Part shown: in pieces, positions 63,166 through 64,000 of the stretch | How positions within the stretch are numbered: the stretch's first letter is position 1 | How the letters are laid out: each line of letters starts with the position of its first letter | Assembly: GCA_973895155.1 (NCBI GenBank) | Contig: OZ316894.1 | Location: forward strand, 22,477,867-22,541,866 | Direction of reading: 5' to 3' | DNA: 64,000 nt | Source: Marsupella aquatica | Taxonomy: Eukaryota > Plantae > Marchantiophyta | The notes under the pieces: generated by a model | The model's database searches: none | Seen by the model: the letters and a program-made list of their open reading frames with translations, nothing else | What the model was told of the DNA's origin: nothing | Translations under genes and position numbers: made by a program

Positions 63166-63559
63166 ACAACGCTCCTGCACAACACTAGAAGTGGAGGAAT
63201 CAAACGAGCGCTCCAATCATGAGTGAGGGAAGAGAGAGCTCACAATTCTTCCTGCCATGCCATGGCGGTATTCCGCACCACAAACAGATAGATATTCTCG
63301 TGACGGACTGAGGGACGGGATCATTCACTTTGTGACCAAACGGTGGTTACCTCAGGTCTGGCGAGTCCTCAACCTAGTACATTTTGGATTTCCATTCAAG
63401 CTCTGTGGTTCTTCCATTCAAGTCTGGCAGCTACCCGATTTTCATACAAAGAGCATTTTGGGATCCCAGCTGGATGAATGTCCCATCCGTGCTTGTGACT
63501 CACTAGTGGACATATCCTATCCAAGCTTCTACTCTCATAAGTAAACAAGTAAGTGACAA

Positions 63560-63900
63560 CCATACTTTTTGATTCAAGTCTGGCAGGTACTCCACTTTCA
63601 TACAAAGAGCATTTTTGGGGGGATCCCGGCCAAGCTTATGACTCAAAAGTGGAGACGTTTTCTACAACCATAGCTGAGTCAACAGGCCATAATCTATCAT
63701 CTCCCAGAAGCGGTTTGGCAGACACTGTATTACAAAGGTAGCCAAAAATTGTCATAAATTGTACACTAGTGAAGGCAAATCCTTTCCGAGCACCATTTAC
63801 AATACAAGACACGCCTGGAGCTCCAATCTCCAATGCGAGCCTAAGTTTACATGTCTACTTTCTAACTTAGCAATGAATCGCCTGGGGGACTGAAACAGGT
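63560..63900 (-). mobile_element. Possible highly degenerate L1-type LINE ORF2 remnant
   Basis: Translation across frames gives ARIGDWSSR...QFLATFVIQCLPNRFWEMID...KWSTC, weakly resembling the post-RT L1 signature RIxxWxxRxLS...FxLPKxxxxxID...W. Multiple stops. Confidence 0.2.
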
Positions 63901-64000
63901 CCAAATGAGAAAGAATTGAAATAGTCTACCTAACATGACAAGCTTTCAGTTCTTCGACCCTCTGACAATAGGCTATTTGACTACTATCCACTGAACGTTT

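Overview
This is eukaryotic, intron-containing land-plant nuclear DNA, most likely a seed-free plant with flagellated sperm (bryophyte, lycophyte or fern; cycad or Ginkgo not excluded), because it carries an intact kintoun/DNAAF2 gene beside a plastid-targeted GSA gene. I reconstructed eight host genes by hand, with GT-AG exon phasing for the six intron-containing ones: dUTPase (-, runs off the left edge), GSA aminomutase (+), kintoun/DNAAF2 (-), an SRC2-like C2 protein (+), PLPBP/YggS (-), DRE2/anamorsin (-), a UBL-WLM (Wss1B-like) metalloprotease (+) and an intronless MAGL/CSE-like hydrolase (+). The intergenic DNA holds a structurally complete but coding-dead Ty1/copia element (323-bp LTRs, AATGC target-site duplication (TSD), tRNA-Met primer-binding site (PBS), polypurine tract (PPT)), a tRNA-derived SINE with a 16-bp TSD, two foldback MITEs, a dispersed repeat present in permuted block order, and many short tandem duplications. 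I found no CRISPR array, structural RNA gene or convincing novel multi-gene system. The best leads are a WLM protease apparently lacking its PUB domain and carrying an expanded 15-aa acidic repeat, a recurrent orientation-consistent upstream 10-mer (CTCGACGGTA), the SINE, and a CHH-biased C-to-T decay signature in the copia element. Coordinates were counted by eye and no database searches were run.
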